Assembly: GCF_048403405.1 (NCBI RefSeq)
Contig: NZ_CP183129.1
DNA from: Escherichia coli
GTDB taxonomy: Bacteria; Pseudomonadota; Gammaproteobacteria; Enterobacterales; Enterobacteriaceae
Direction: 5' to 3' (one strand)
DNA: 64,000 nt
Position 1 is the first letter of the stretch. Each line of letters opens with the position of its first letter. Both the position numbers and the translations under genes were made by a program. Of this stretch, positions 45,806 through 57,422 are shown one piece after another. The notes below the pieces were generated by a model. It made no database searches, was not told where the DNA came from, and saw only the letters and a program-made list of their open reading frames with translations.

Positions 45806-46239
45806 ACCTGCAACCAGAATGTCACGGGGCCATCATTGACCAGCGATACCTGCATATCCGCAGCGAAGCGTCCTGTTTGCGTGTTCATCTCTTGCTGACG
45901 GCAGCGTTCGACGAAATAGTCATATAACGCCTCTGCGCGATCCGGTGATGCACCTTTGGAGAAACTTGGACGCATCCCCCGTTCGGTATCTGCGGCAAGG
46001 GTAAACTGGGAAACCACCAGTACACTGCCGCCCGCCTGTTGCACGTTGAGATTCATCTTGCCTTCGGCATCGCTAAAGATGCGGTAGCCGAGCACACGCT
46101 CGCACAGACGGTTTGCTTTCTGTTCGTCGTCATCCTTTTCGACACCCAATAACACCAAAAGTCCCGCGCCAATTTCGCCCGTCACTTCTCCCTCCACGGT
46201 GACGCTGGCACGGGTTACGCGTTGAATTAATGCAATCAT
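45802..46239 (-). CDS. dtd: D-aminoacyl-tRNA deacylase
   Basis: The 145-aa protein ([33 protein letters not shown]...) has the SQFTL motif. Confidence 0.96.
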
Positions 46240-47108
46240 GGTTCGTCGTCTTCTTCTTGTTCAGCAGCTTGTTTTAATTTGCGGTATTCCCCGAGAGTGA
46301 CAGTAATTTCCGCGCCAAGCAAGACGATACACCATGTCCAGTAGACCCAAACAAAGAGAATGGGGATCACCGCCAGCACGCCGTAAATGAGCTGATATGA
46401 CGGGAACATGGTGATATAAAGCGCGAAACCTTTCTTTCCTGCTTCGAACAGGAGTGCAGCGACAAACGCGCCGACAATCGCGTCGCGGTTAGGTACGCGG
46501 ATGGTAGGAACAATGCTGTACAGCAACCAGAAGGAGATCCACGACAACAGCAGCGGAAAAATACGCAGCACGTTGTCGATGACAGTATTGAGATCGCTCG
46601 CCCAGCGCAGGGAGAGCAAATAGGAACTGATCGCCAGACTGGCCCCTGCCAGCAGCGGCCCCAGCGTTAAAATCATCCAGTACACGGCGAACGAGTAAAT
46701 TTTTGGTCGAGCTCGTTTACTGCGCCAGATGGTATTCAACGCGCTATCGATGGAGTACATCAACAATAACGCGGTGACGATCAGCCCGCACGCCCCAACG
46801 GCGGTCATCTTGTTGGAATTGGCAACAAATTGTTCGATATACCGCTGAATAACATCGCCAGTAGCAGGCAGAAAGTTGGCAAAAATAAAGTGACGCAACT
46901 GAATGCTGACGTCGGAAAACATGGGAAAAGCGGCGAAAAGCGCAAAAACAACGGCAACCAGCGGCACTAATGAGAGCAACGACACATAGGCAAGGTTACC
47001 TGCCAAGGTAGTCATGTTGTCCTCATCAATGCGTTGCCAGAGTAGTTTTAGCCAGGCCCATAGTGGACGGGTACGGTGCCTGGCTTTGTCCTGAATGGTT
47101 TTTAGCAT
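46236..47108 (-). CDS. yihY: BrkB/YihY-family inner-membrane protein (formerly rbn)
   Basis: The 290-aa polytopic protein begins [41 protein letters not shown]. Confidence 0.92.
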
Positions 47109-47701
47109 AACACCTTCGCGAAATAGCCCGGGATGGTGGTTTTATCTTTCACCAGAATGCTGGTAATGCCTAGCTGATTAGCTCCTTCTATATTATCGGC
47201 GTTATCGTCGAAAAAGACCGTATCGCTGGGTGAAAAACCTTCCGCCTGCAAAACATGCTGGTAAATTCGTGCTTCAGGTTTGCGCATCCCCAGATCTTGC
47301 GACAGATAGATATGGTCAGCAGCATCACGAATTTCCGGGTATTCTTCCGGCCAGAAGGTGGTATGCAGGCGGTTGGTATTGGAAAGCACCACCACGCGAT
47401 GCCCCTGCTCACGCAGTTTATGCATGATGGCGATCACTTCCGGGCGCAGCGCAACAAACACCGCCTGCCAGCCGTGAGAGAACTGCTCATAGCTTAGCGG
47501 TAGAGCCATCTCATGACACAGCGCCTCTGCGAACGCTTCGTCGCTAATTTCCCCACGCTCATGCTGATGAAACGCCTCGCCCATGTGGAAACTCTTCTTA
47601 AGCGTAGCCAGTGGAACACGCGTTAAATCGCTCCAGGCTCCCAGCACACGGTTAAAGTCGATATCGACAATCACATTACCTAAATCAAAGATATAGAGCA
47701 T
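47102..47701 (-). CDS. yihX: HAD-family alpha-D-glucose-1-phosphate phosphatase
   Basis: The 199-aa protein begins [16 protein letters not shown], which contains the DxD-like HAD motif I. It was trimmed from ORF start 47722. Confidence 0.92.
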
Positions 47702-47799
47702 TTTTGCCTCCTTTCGCGCCACAAGAAATTAACTGTAGCGGGAAAGGATAGGTTTGGCTATGTGGTCAGGTATGAAGCAAGGTCAACGGTCACAAAATT

Positions 47800-48585
47800 C
47801 TACGCGTCTTCCTGGGGAAGGATGATTTCAATTTGGCTGTCTTGTAAGCGTGATTTTAGCGCAGCGGGCGGCAGCTCGTCGGTAAAGAGCGCGGTAACCT
47901 GTGCCACGTTACCAATTTCAACCGCCGCCGAAGCATGATACTTAGTGTGATCGGCGACCAGCAGGATATTTCTCGCGTGCGCCATCATCGTTTTCACCAC
48001 GTTAGCTTCGTTAACATCAAACTCCATCAACGCGCCATCGCTCTCAATCGCCCCAACGCTTGTTACCAGATAATCAGCACGAAAATCAGCCACAAAGGAC
48101 GCCGCTGAAGGGCCAATGATCCCGCTATTATGAGAGCGCAACGTACCGCCGGGCACCATCACTTCAAAGCGCGGGTTGTGGTAAAGAATATGCGCCACAC
48201 GCAGGCTGTTGGTGATTATCCGCAAATGATTGTGGTTAAGTAACGCCCGGGCAACATGCTCAACGGTCGTACCAATGGTGATAAATATTGTTGAACCATC
48301 AGGAATATAATCTGCCACCGCTTCGGCAATCGCTTTTTTTTCTTCGGTTTGCGAAACCTCACGCTGCTCGAACGCCGTATTAACGACGCTGGAAGCCCGA
48401 CCCGCGCCACCGTGATGGCGCGTAATCAGTCCTTGCTCGCTTAATTTACGAATATCCCGGCGGACCGTCTGCGTGGAGACATCCAGCAGATTTGCCAGCT
48501 CATCAATATTCATATACCCACGCTCGGCGATCAGCATGAGGAGTTGGTCGTGCCGCGGGTTACCGGTTAGTTCGGTAAGGCTCAT
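47800..48585 (-). CDS. yihW: DeoR-family repressor of the sulfoquinovose cluster (CsqR)
   Basis: The 261-aa protein begins MSLTELTGNPRHDQLLMLIAERGYMNIDELANLLDVSTQTVRRDIRKL. Confidence 0.92.
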   Translation of the reverse strand: MSLTELTGNPRHDQLLMLIAERGYMNIDELANLLDVSTQTVRRDIRKLSEQGLITRHHGGAGRASSVVNTAFEQREVSQTEEKKAIAEAVADYIPDGSTIFITIGTTVEHVARALLNHNHLRIITNSLRVAHILYHNPRFEVMVPGGTLRSHNSGIIGPSAASFVADFRADYLVTSVGAIESDGALMEFDVNEANVVKTMMAHARNILLVADHTKYHASAAVEIGNVAQVTALFTDELPPAALKSRLQDSQIEIILPQEDA

Positions 48586-48618
48586 GAAAATTCCTCGAAA
48601 AACCATCACCCGGGCATT

Positions 48619-49515
48619 TTATACAAAAAGTGACAAAAAAGATCGGGTTTGATCACAGTCAGGGATCCCGGCTCGTCCACCGGGACGCGTGCATTTTAAC
48701 GCCGCCACACCGCTGGCGAAGCGAACTGACTCCGCTAAATTCCCACCGGTTGCCAATGCCACCGCCAGCGCACCGTGAAAAACATCGCCCGCACCGGTGG
48801 TATCTACCACATCAACTTTGAAAGCCGGTTGATGTTGACGCCCGCCATTTTCCAGCCAGTCGCAGCCGGCACTCCCCTGGGTCACATAGACATGACCATT
48901 TGTGAGCGTTTGTGCCTGTTTTAGCGCACTGGCCATCTCTTTCACGCCCGTTAAGCGCGCCAGACCCGGTTCTGAAAAGGCCGCGTGATCGCTTAATGCC
49001 ACCAGCTCGCTGATATCCTGCGGCGTAATGTCCCCGTCCAGAACGGTCATCACGCCCGCCTGCCGGGCCAGGGTAAAGGCTTTTTTAGCGCCGTCGTGCC
49101 AGCGCACATCTGCCAGCACAACGTCCCACTGAGAGAAATCAATTTTCTCCAACCACTCTGCGTCAGGCAGCAGATCCGGGCTGGGGTAGTTAATGATTAT
49201 CCGCTCGCCTTTGGCATCCACCATGATGGCGGATTGCGAAGATTTCGCCTGGTTATACCGTTTGGTGTAACGGGTGTTAACGCCCCAGGATTCCAGCTCT
49301 GCCAGCAGGCTGTTGCCCGTGTCGTCATCACCGACGCGACCAATAAAATCGACCTGCGCCCCCAGCCTTGCCGCCGCAACCGCTGCCGTCGCCGCTGGCC
49401 CGCCACCAACTTCCGTATAATTTCTCGCCACGTATTTACCGCTCTCCGTCGGTAATCCTTCCACGTAATAAATACGATCCATCACGGTAATACCTACACA
49501 AGCAACACGAATCAT
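48619..49515 (-). CDS. yihV: 6-deoxy-6-sulfofructose kinase (PfkB family)
   Basis: The 298-aa protein (MIRVACVGITVMDRIYYVEGLPTESGKY...) has the DTTGAGD motif. Confidence 0.92.
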   Translation of the reverse strand: MIRVACVGITVMDRIYYVEGLPTESGKYVARNYTEVGGGPAATAAVAAARLGAQVDFIGRVGDDDTGNSLLAELESWGVNTRYTKRYNQAKSSQSAIMVDAKGERIIINYPSPDLLPDAEWLEKIDFSQWDVVLADVRWHDGAKKAFTLARQAGVMTVLDGDITPQDISELVALSDHAAFSEPGLARLTGVKEMASALKQAQTLTNGHVYVTQGSAGCDWLENGGRQHQPAFKVDVVDTTGAGDVFHGALAVALATGGNLAESVRFASGVAALKCTRPGGRAGIPDCDQTRSFLSLFV

Positions 49516-49682
49516 GGTCATTCCTTAAGCATTTTGGGATGCGTTCATTTTAATTTCACCAATTGTTTAAAAAGTGACGGCTGTCAATTTTTTGACGATA
49601 AATTACAAATACGATCAAAAACAGACAAGCAAAGCATGTCATAAATGACAAAAAGTGACATCACTGTATTCAGGAGAGGGTT

Positions 49683-50579
49683 ATGGCAGCAATCGCGTTT
49701 ATCGGTTTAGGACAAATGGGTTCGCCAATGGCGAGCAATTTATTGCAGCAAGGGCATCAACTTCGCGTCTTTGATGTGAACGCCGAAGCTGTGCGGCATC
49801 TGGTAGACAAAGGTGCGACTCCCGCCGCCAACCCGGCGCAGGCCGCTAAAGATGCCGAATTTATCATTACCATGTTGCCGAATGGCGATCTGGTGCGCAG
49901 CGTGTTGTTCGGTGAAAACGGCGTTTGCGAAAGCTTATCTACCGATGCGCTGGTCATCGATATGTCGACCATCCACCCGCTGCAAACCGATAAATTGATT
50001 GCCGATATGCAAGCCAAAGGCTTCAGCATGATGGATGTTCCGGTAGGCCGTACTTCTGCAAATGCCATTACCGGTACTCTGTTACTGCTGGCTGGCGGCA
50101 CCGCTGAACAAGTTGAACGCGCCACACCGATCCTGATGGCGATGGGCAGTGAGTTGATCAACGCGGGCGGTCCGGGCATGGGGATCCGCGTTAAGCTCAT
50201 CAACAACTACATGAGCATCGCGCTCAATGCGCTTTCGGCAGAAGCCGCTGTTTTGTGCGAAGCCCTGAATCTTCCCTTCGATGTTGCCGTCAAGGTGATG
50301 AGCGGCACCGCCGCCGGTAAAGGCCACTTCACCACTTCCTGGCCAAACAAAGTCCTCAGCGGGGATCTTTCTCCCGCCTTCATGATCGATCTTGCCCATA
50401 AGGATCTTGGTATCGCCCTTGATGTCGCCAACCAGCTGCATGTGCCAATGCCGCTGGGGGCCGCCTCACGGGAGGTTTATAGCCAGGCGCGCGCAGCGGG
50501 TCGTGGTCGCCAGGACTGGTCCGCCATTCTGGAACAAGTCCGTGTCAGTGCCGGGATGACTGCCAAAGTAAAAATGTAA
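49683..50579 (+). CDS. yihU: 3-sulfolactaldehyde reductase
   Basis: The 298-aa protein has the Rossmann opening [21 protein letters not shown]. Confidence 0.93.
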   Translation: MAAIAFIGLGQMGSPMASNLLQQGHQLRVFDVNAEAVRHLVDKGATPAANPAQAAKDAEFIITMLPNGDLVRSVLFGENGVCESLSTDALVIDMSTIHPLQTDKLIADMQAKGFSMMDVPVGRTSANAITGTLLLLAGGTAEQVERATPILMAMGSELINAGGPGMGIRVKLINNYMSIALNALSAEAAVLCEALNLPFDVAVKVMSGTAAGKGHFTTSWPNKVLSGDLSPAFMIDLAHKDLGIALDVANQLHVPMPLGAASREVYSQARAAGRGRQDWSAILEQVRVSAGMTAKVKM

Positions 50580-50602
50580 CGACTGGATAAAGGAATAAAT
50601 GA

Positions 50603-51481
50603 ATGAATAAGTACACCATCAACGACATTACACGCGCATCGGGCGGTTTTGCCATGCTGGCGGTCGATCAACGCGAAGCCATGCGCATGATGTTTGCCGC
50701 GGCTGGGGCACCCGCTCCAGTAGCCGATAGCGTTTTAACTGATTTCAAAGTTAACGCTGCAAAGGCCCTCTCGCCTTATGCCTCGGCGATTCTGGTGGAT
50801 CAGCAATTCTGTTACCGCCAGGTGGTTGAGCAAAACGCGATTGCCAAAAGTTGCGCCATGATTGTCGCCGCCGATGAGTTCATTCCTGGCAACGGTATTC
50901 CGGTAGATAGCGTGGTCATTGACCGCAAAATCAATCCGCTACAAATCAAACAAGACGGTGGCAAAGCCTTAAAACTGCTGGTGCTGTGGCGTAGTGATGA
51001 AGATGCGCAGCAACGTCTGGATATGGTGAAAGAGTTTAACGAACTGTGCCACTCACACGGCCTGGTAAGCATTATTGAGCCAGTCGTCCGCCCACCACGT
51101 CGTGGCGATAAATTCGATCGCGAACAAGCGATCATCGATGCTGCCAAAGAGCTGGGCGACAGTGGCGCTGACCTCTACAAAGTTGAAATGCCGCTTTACG
51201 GTAAAGGTCCGCAACAAGAGCTTCTCAGTGCTTCACAACGTCTGAATGACCATATCAATATGCCGTGGGTGATCCTCTCATCCGGTGTCGACGAAAAACT
51301 GTTCCCGCGTGCCGTACGCGTGGCAATGACAGCGGGTGCATCGGGCTTCCTGGCTGGTCGTGCCGTCTGGGCATCGGTTGTCGGTTTACCAGACAACGAG
51401 CTGATGCTGCGTGACGTTTGCGCACCGAAATTACAACAACTTGGCGATATCGTCGACGAAATGATGGCTAAACGCCGTTAA
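50603..51481 (+). CDS. yihT: 6-deoxy-6-sulfofructose-1-phosphate aldolase
   Basis: The 292-aa class I aldolase-like protein begins [28 protein letters not shown]. Confidence 0.93.
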   Translation: MNKYTINDITRASGGFAMLAVDQREAMRMMFAAAGAPAPVADSVLTDFKVNAAKALSPYASAILVDQQFCYRQVVEQNAIAKSCAMIVAADEFIPGNGIPVDSVVIDRKINPLQIKQDGGKALKLLVLWRSDEDAQQRLDMVKEFNELCHSHGLVSIIEPVVRPPRRGDKFDREQAIIDAAKELGDSGADLYKVEMPLYGKGPQQELLSASQRLNDHINMPWVILSSGVDEKLFPRAVRVAMTAGASGFLAGRAVWASVVGLPDNELMLRDVCAPKLQQLGDIVDEMMAKRR

Positions 51482-51496
51482 GATGGGGATACAAAA

Positions 51497-52738
51497 ATGA
51501 AATGGTTTAACACCTTAAGTCACAACCGTTGGCTGGAACAGGAAACCGATCGCATCTTTGATTTTGGTAAAAATTCCGTAGTACCGACCGGATTTGGCTG
51601 GTTAGGCAATAAAGGGCAAATCAAAGAAGAGATGGGCACCCATCTGTGGATCACAGCCCGTATGCTGCACGTTTATTCTGTTGCTGCGGCGATGGGTCGA
51701 CCTGGCGCTTACTCGTTGGTTGATCACGGTATCAAAGCGATGAACGGCGCGCTGCGCGATAAAAAATATGGCGGTTGGTATGCCTGCGTGAATGACGAGG
51801 GCGTAGTGGATGCCTCCAAACAGGGCTATCAACACTTCTTTGCTCTGCTGGGTGCTGCCAGCGCCGTCACTACCGGTCATCCGGAAGCGCGCAAGCTGCT
51901 CGATTACACCATTGAAATTATCGAGAAATACTTCTGGAGCGAAGAAGAGCAGATGTGCCTGGAGTCCTGGGACGAAGCCTTCAGCAAAACCGAAGAGTAC
52001 CGCGGCGGCAATGCCAATATGCACGCAGTGGAAGCTTTCTTAATTGTTTATGACGTCACGCATGACAAAAAATGGCTGGATCGCGCCATTCGCGTGGCTT
52101 CCGTGATTATCCACGATGTCGCCAGAAATAATCATTATCGCGTTAACGAGCACTTCGATACCCAGTGGAATCCGCTGCCGGATTACAACAAAGATAACCC
52201 GGCGCACCGCTTCCGCGCGTTCGGAGGTACTCCGGGCCACTGGATCGAATGGGGCCGTTTAATGCTGCACATCCACGCTGCCCTGGAAGCCCGCTGCGAA
52301 CAGCCGCCTGCCTGGCTGCTAGAAGATGCCAAAGGTCTGTTTAACGCCACCGTGCGCGATGCCTGGGCACCCGATGGCGCGGACGGGATTGTTTATACCG
52401 TTGACTGGGAAGGAAAACCGGTGGTCCGCGAACGTGTACGTTGGCCTATCGTCGAAGCGATGGGTACGGCTTACGCGCTCTACACCGTCACCGGCGATCG
52501 CCAGTACGAAACCTGGTATCAGACATGGTGGGACTACTGCATTAAGTACCTGATGGACTATGAAAATGGTTCATGGTGGCAGGAGCTGGACGCGGATAAT
52601 AAAGTCACCACCAAAGTCTGGGACGGTAAACAGGATATTTATCACCTGCTGCATTGCCTGGTGATCCCGCGTATCCCGTTAGCCCCTGGTCTGGCTCCGG
52701 CTGTTGCCGCAGGCCTGCTGGACGTTAACGCGAAATAA
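51497..52738 (+). CDS. yihS: Sulfoquinovose isomerase (AGE-superfamily)
   Basis: The protein is 413 aa and begins [36 protein letters not shown]. Confidence 0.93.
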   Translation: MKWFNTLSHNRWLEQETDRIFDFGKNSVVPTGFGWLGNKGQIKEEMGTHLWITARMLHVYSVAAAMGRPGAYSLVDHGIKAMNGALRDKKYGGWYACVNDEGVVDASKQGYQHFFALLGAASAVTTGHPEARKLLDYTIEIIEKYFWSEEEQMCLESWDEAFSKTEEYRGGNANMHAVEAFLIVYDVTHDKKWLDRAIRVASVIIHDVARNNHYRVNEHFDTQWNPLPDYNKDNPAHRFRAFGGTPGHWIEWGRLMLHIHAALEARCEQPPAWLLEDAKGLFNATVRDAWAPDGADGIVYTVDWEGKPVVRERVRWPIVEAMGTAYALYTVTGDRQYETWYQTWWDYCIKYLMDYENGSWWQELDADNKVTTKVWDGKQDIYHLLHCLVIPRIPLAPGLAPAVAAGLLDVNAK

Positions 52739-52796
52739 CTGAGCTGAAATAACGGCATATCAGGCTACATGCCGGGTATGTCGTTATTCAATATAG

Positions 52797-53708
52797 GTGC
52801 CTCGTATGCAAATCACCAACATGCATTGCAGTGGACAAACCGTTTCACTTGCCGCGGGGGATTATCACGCGACTATCGTGACGGTTGGTGCTGGTCTGGC
52901 TGAATTAACTTTTCAGGGTTGTCATTTAGTCATCCCACACAAACCCGAAGAGATGCCGCTGGCGCATCTGGGTAAAGTGCTTATTCCGTGGCCGAACCGG
53001 ATCGCCAACGGCTGTTATCGCTATCAGGGGCAGGACTATCAGTTACCCATTAATGAACATAGTTCAAAAGCCGCTATTCACGGGCTGCTTGCCTGGCGTG
53101 ACTGGCAAATTAGCGAATTAACCGCCACCAGCGTTACCCTGACAGCTTTTCTGCCGCCCAGTTACGGCTATCCGTTTATGCTGGCTTCACAAGTTGTTTA
53201 TTCGCTCAATGCACGCACGGGTCTTTCCGTTGAGATCGCAAGCCAGAATATTGGTACTGTGACCGCACCTTATGGTGTGGGTATTCATCCTTATTTAACC
53301 TGCAACTTAACATCTGTTGATGACTATCTTTTCCAGCTTCCGGCAGAACAGGTTTATGCCGTCGATGAGCACGCAAATCCGACAACGCTTCACCACGTTG
53401 ATGAGTTGGATTTAAATTTCACGCAGGCGAAAAAAATAGCCGCGACAAAAATCGACCACACCTTTAAAACCGCTAATGATCTGTGGGAAATGACCATTAC
53501 CCATCCACAGCATTTGCTTTCGGTGAGCCTCTGTTCCGATCAACCCTGGGTGCAGGTTTATAGCGGTGAAAAATTACAGCGTCAGGGACTGGCAGTTGAA
53601 CCTATGAGTTGCCCGCCTGATGCGTTTAATTCCGGCACCGATTTAATATTACTGCAACCCGGAAAAACACACCGCCTGTTTTTTAATATTTACGGACAGA
53701 GAAAATAA
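52797..53708 (+). CDS. yihR: Aldose-1-epimerase family (sulfoquinovose mutarotase)
   Basis: The ORF is 303 codons, counted from the GTG at 52797. An in-frame TAG lies immediately upstream. An ATG alternative is at 52806. Confidence 0.88.
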   Translation: MPRMQITNMHCSGQTVSLAAGDYHATIVTVGAGLAELTFQGCHLVIPHKPEEMPLAHLGKVLIPWPNRIANGCYRYQGQDYQLPINEHSSKAAIHGLLAWRDWQISELTATSVTLTAFLPPSYGYPFMLASQVVYSLNARTGLSVEIASQNIGTVTAPYGVGIHPYLTCNLTSVDDYLFQLPAEQVYAVDEHANPTTLHHVDELDLNFTQAKKIAATKIDHTFKTANDLWEMTITHPQHLLSVSLCSDQPWVQVYSGEKLQRQGLAVEPMSCPPDAFNSGTDLILLQPGKTHRLFFNIYGQRK

Positions 53709-53912
53709 CTTGTATTGATTAGCAGTCAAAATCATTGAAGAACATTTCACTCGCTAAAGGCAACGTTATGTATCATCAATTTATTAAGTTAAAAACAGCT
53801 CAGCTTCTTTAAAGTTTATATATATCAGTTTTATGAGAATCATTTTACATAAGCCTGTAATAACAATAACAGGAAGGAAACAACCTCGTTCTCAACTCTA
53901 TGGAGATTATTT

Positions 53913-55949
53913 ATGGATACGCCACGCCCACAGTTATTAGATTTTCAATTTCATCAGAATAACGACAGTCTTACCCTACGTTTTCAGGGCCGTCTTATTT
54001 TAACCCATAGTAAAGATAATCCTTGTTTATGGATTGGTTCAGGTATTGCGGATATCGATATGTTCCGCGGCAATTTCAGCATTAAAGATAAATTGCAGGA
54101 GAAGATTGCGCTCACCGACGCTACCGTCAGCCAGTCACCGGATGGCTGGTTAATCCATTTCAGCCGTGGTTCTGACATTAGCGCCACGCTGCGTATCTCT
54201 GCCGACGAACAGGGCCGTTTATTGCTGGAACTACAAAACGACAACCTTAACCACAACCGTATCTGGCTGCGCCTTGCCGCTCAACCAGAGGACCATATCT
54301 ACGGCTGCGGTGAACAATTCTCCTACTTTGATCTGCGCGGCAAACCGTTCCCGCTATGGACCAGTGAACAAGGCGTTGGTCGCAACAAGCAAACCTATGT
54401 CACCTGGCAGGCCGACTGCAAAGAGAACGCGGGCGGCGACTATTACTGGACTTTCTTCCCACAGCCTACGTTTGTCAGCACGCAGAAGTATTACTGCCAT
54501 GTTGATAACAGTTGCTACATGAACTTCGACTTTAGCGCCCCGGAATACCATGAACTGGCGCTGTGGGAAGACAAAGCAACGCTGCGTTTTGAATGTGCTG
54601 ATACATACATCTCCCTGCTGGAAAAATTAACTGCCCTGCTGGGACGCCAGCCAGAACTGCCCGACTGGATTTATGACGGGGTAACGCTCGGCATTCAGGG
54701 CGGGACGGAAGTGTGTCAGAAGAAACTGGACACCATGCGTAACGCGGGTGTGAAGGTTAACGGCATCTGGGCGCAGGACTGGTCCGGGATCCGTATGACC
54801 TCTTTTGGCAAACGCGTAATGTGGAACTGGAAGTGGAACAGCGAAAACTATCCGCAACTGGACTCACGTATTAAGCAGTGGAACAAAGAGGGCGTGCAGT
54901 TCCTGGCCTATATCAACCCGTATGTAGCCAGCGATAAAGATCTCTGCGAAGAGGCGGCAAAGCGCGGTTATCTGGCAAAAGATGCCTCTGGCGGCGACTA
55001 TCTGGTGGAGTTTGGCGAGTTCTATGGCGGCGTTGTCGATCTCACCAATCCAGAAGCCTACGCCTGGTTCAAGGAAGTGATCAAAAAGAACATGATTGAA
55101 CTTGGCTGCGGCGGCTGGATGGCTGACTTCGGCGAGTATCTGCCCACCGACACGTACCTGCATAACGGCGTCAGCGCGGAGATTATGCATAACGCCTGGC
55201 CTGCGCTGTGGGCGAAATGTAACTACGAAGCCCTTGAAGAAACGGGCAAGCTCGGCGAGATCCTTTTCTTTATGCGCGCCGGTTCTACCGGTAGCCAGAA
55301 ATACTCCACCATGATGTGGGCGGGTGACCAGAACGTCGACTGGAGTCTGGACGATGGCCTGGCGTCGGTTGTCCCGGCGGCGCTGTCGCTGGCAATGACC
55401 GGACATGGCCTGCATCACAGCGACATTGGCGGTTACACAACCCTGTTTGAGATGAAGCGCAGCAAAGAGCTGCTACTGCGCTGGTGTGATTTCAGCGCCT
55501 TCACGCCGATGATGCGCACCCACGAAGGCAACCGTCCGGGCGACAACTGGCAGTTTGACGGCGACGCGGAAACTATCGCCCATTTTGCCCGTATGACCAC
55601 CGTCTTCACCACCCTGAAACCTTACCTGAAAGAGGCCGTCGCGCTGAATGCGAAGTCCGGTCTGCCGGTCATGCGCCCGCTGTTCCTGCATTACGAAGAC
55701 GATGCGCACACTTACACCCTGAAATATCAGTACCTGTTAGGTCGCGACATTCTGGTCGCTCCGGTGCATGAAGAAGGCCGTAGCGACTGGACGCTCTATC
55801 TGCCGGAGGATAACTGGGTCCATGCCTGGACGGGTGAAGCATTCCGGGGCGGGGAAGTGACCGTTAATGCGCCCATCGGCAAGCCGCCGGTCTTTTATCG
55901 CGCCGATAGCGAATGGGCGGCACTGTTCGCGTCGTTAAAAAGCATCTAA
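53913..55949 (+). CDS. yihQ: Sulfoquinovosidase (GH31)
   Basis: The 678-aa protein contains the GH31 catalytic region GGWMADFGEYLP. Confidence 0.93.
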   Translation: MDTPRPQLLDFQFHQNNDSLTLRFQGRLILTHSKDNPCLWIGSGIADIDMFRGNFSIKDKLQEKIALTDATVSQSPDGWLIHFSRGSDISATLRISADEQGRLLLELQNDNLNHNRIWLRLAAQPEDHIYGCGEQFSYFDLRGKPFPLWTSEQGVGRNKQTYVTWQADCKENAGGDYYWTFFPQPTFVSTQKYYCHVDNSCYMNFDFSAPEYHELALWEDKATLRFECADTYISLLEKLTALLGRQPELPDWIYDGVTLGIQGGTEVCQKKLDTMRNAGVKVNGIWAQDWSGIRMTSFGKRVMWNWKWNSENYPQLDSRIKQWNKEGVQFLAYINPYVASDKDLCEEAAKRGYLAKDASGGDYLVEFGEFYGGVVDLTNPEAYAWFKEVIKKNMIELGCGGWMADFGEYLPTDTYLHNGVSAEIMHNAWPALWAKCNYEALEETGKLGEILFFMRAGSTGSQKYSTMMWAGDQNVDWSLDDGLASVVPAALSLAMTGHGLHHSDIGGYTTLFEMKRSKELLLRWCDFSAFTPMMRTHEGNRPGDNWQFDGDAETIAHFARMTTVFTTLKPYLKEAVALNAKSGLPVMRPLFLHYEDDAHTYTLKYQYLLGRDILVAPVHEEGRSDWTLYLPEDNWVHAWTGEAFRGGEVTVNAPIGKPPVFYRADSEWAALFASLKSI

Positions 55950-55994
55950 TCACATCCGCCCGTGGGGAAACTCATGGGCAAAGGGAGAACATCG

Positions 55995-57380
55995 ATGAGT
56001 CACATCACAACGGAAGATCCAGCAACTTTACGCCTGCCCTTTAAAGAGAAACTCTCTTACGGTATCGGCGATCTGGCCTCTAACATCCTGCTGGATATTG
56101 GTACGCTTTATCTTTTGAAGTTTTATACCGACGTTCTGGGGCTGCCCGGCACCTATGGCGGCATTATCTTTTTGATCTCGAAATTCTTTACCGCCTTTAC
56201 CGATATGGGAACCGGCATCATGTTGGATTCCCGACGCAAGATCGGTCCAAAAGGTAAATTCCGTCCTTTTATTCTGTATGCGTCATTCCCGGTTACCTTA
56301 CTGGCGATCGCCAACTTTATCGGTACGCCGTTCGATGTCACCGGTAAAACGGTGATGGCAACTATCCTGTTTATGCTTTATGGACTGTTTTTCAGCATGA
56401 TGAACTGTTCCTACGGCGCAATGGTGCCTGCCATCACCAAAAACCCCAACGAGCGCGCCTCACTGGCGGCATGGCGTCAGGGCGGCGCTACGCTGGGCCT
56501 GCTGCTGTGTACGGTGGGATTCGTACCAGTGATGAATCTTATCGAGGGGAATCAGAAACTTGGCTATATCTTCGCCGCCACGCTGTTTTCACTGTTCGGC
56601 CTGCTGTTTATGTGGATCTGCTACTCGGGCGTGAAAGAGCGTTATGTCGAAACCCAACCTGCTAATCCGGCGCAAAAGCCTGGCCTGTTGCAATCTTTCC
56701 GCGCAATTGCCGGTAACCGCCCGCTGTTCATTCTGTGTATTGCTAACCTCTGCACCTTAGGGGCGTTTAACGTCAAGCTCGCCATTCAGGTTTATTACAC
56801 CCAGTACGTGCTTAACGATCCCATCCTGTTGTCATATATGGGATTTTTCAGCATGGGCTGTATTTTCATCGGCGTGTTCCTGATGCCCGGCGCAGTCAGA
56901 CGTTTTGGTAAGAAGAAGGTCTATATCGGCGGCCTGCTGATTTGGGTGCTTGGCGATCTGCTCAACTATTTCTTTGGCGGCGGTTCGGTCAGCTTCGTGG
57001 CGTTCTCCTGCCTGGCATTCTTCGGCTCAGCGTTTGTTAACAGCCTGAACTGGGCGCTGGTTTCCGACACCGTGGAATATGGCGAATGGCGCACCGGCGT
57101 GCGTTCGGAAGGGACGGTCTACACCGGTTTCACCTTCTTTCGCAAAGTTTCTCAGGCGCTGGCTGGTTTCTTCCCCGGCTGGATGCTGACGCAAATCGGC
57201 TATGTGCCGAACGTCGCACAGGCTGACCACACTATTGAAGGGTTGCGCCAGCTGATCTTCATCTACCCAAGCGCACTGGCAGTAGTCACCATTGTGGCGA
57301 TGGGTTGCTTCTACAGTCTGAACGAGAAGATGTACGTCCGCATTGTTGAAGAGATAGAAGCCCGTAAACGCACGGCGTAA
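55995..57380 (+). CDS. yihP: GPH-family (glycoside-pentoside-hexuronide) transporter
   Basis: The 461-aa protein begins MSHITTEDPATLRLPFKEKLSYGIGDLASN. It was trimmed from ORF start 55962. Confidence 0.9.
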   Translation: MSHITTEDPATLRLPFKEKLSYGIGDLASNILLDIGTLYLLKFYTDVLGLPGTYGGIIFLISKFFTAFTDMGTGIMLDSRRKIGPKGKFRPFILYASFPVTLLAIANFIGTPFDVTGKTVMATILFMLYGLFFSMMNCSYGAMVPAITKNPNERASLAAWRQGGATLGLLLCTVGFVPVMNLIEGNQKLGYIFAATLFSLFGLLFMWICYSGVKERYVETQPANPAQKPGLLQSFRAIAGNRPLFILCIANLCTLGAFNVKLAIQVYYTQYVLNDPILLSYMGFFSMGCIFIGVFLMPGAVRRFGKKKVYIGGLLIWVLGDLLNYFFGGGSVSFVAFSCLAFFGSAFVNSLNWALVSDTVEYGEWRTGVRSEGTVYTGFTFFRKVSQALAGFFPGWMLTQIGYVPNVAQADHTIEGLRQLIFIYPSALAVVTIVAMGCFYSLNEKMYVRIVEEIEARKRTA

Positions 57381-57422
57381 TTATAATAAACAACGCCCTG
57401 CGGGGCGTTATAAGGAGTGATT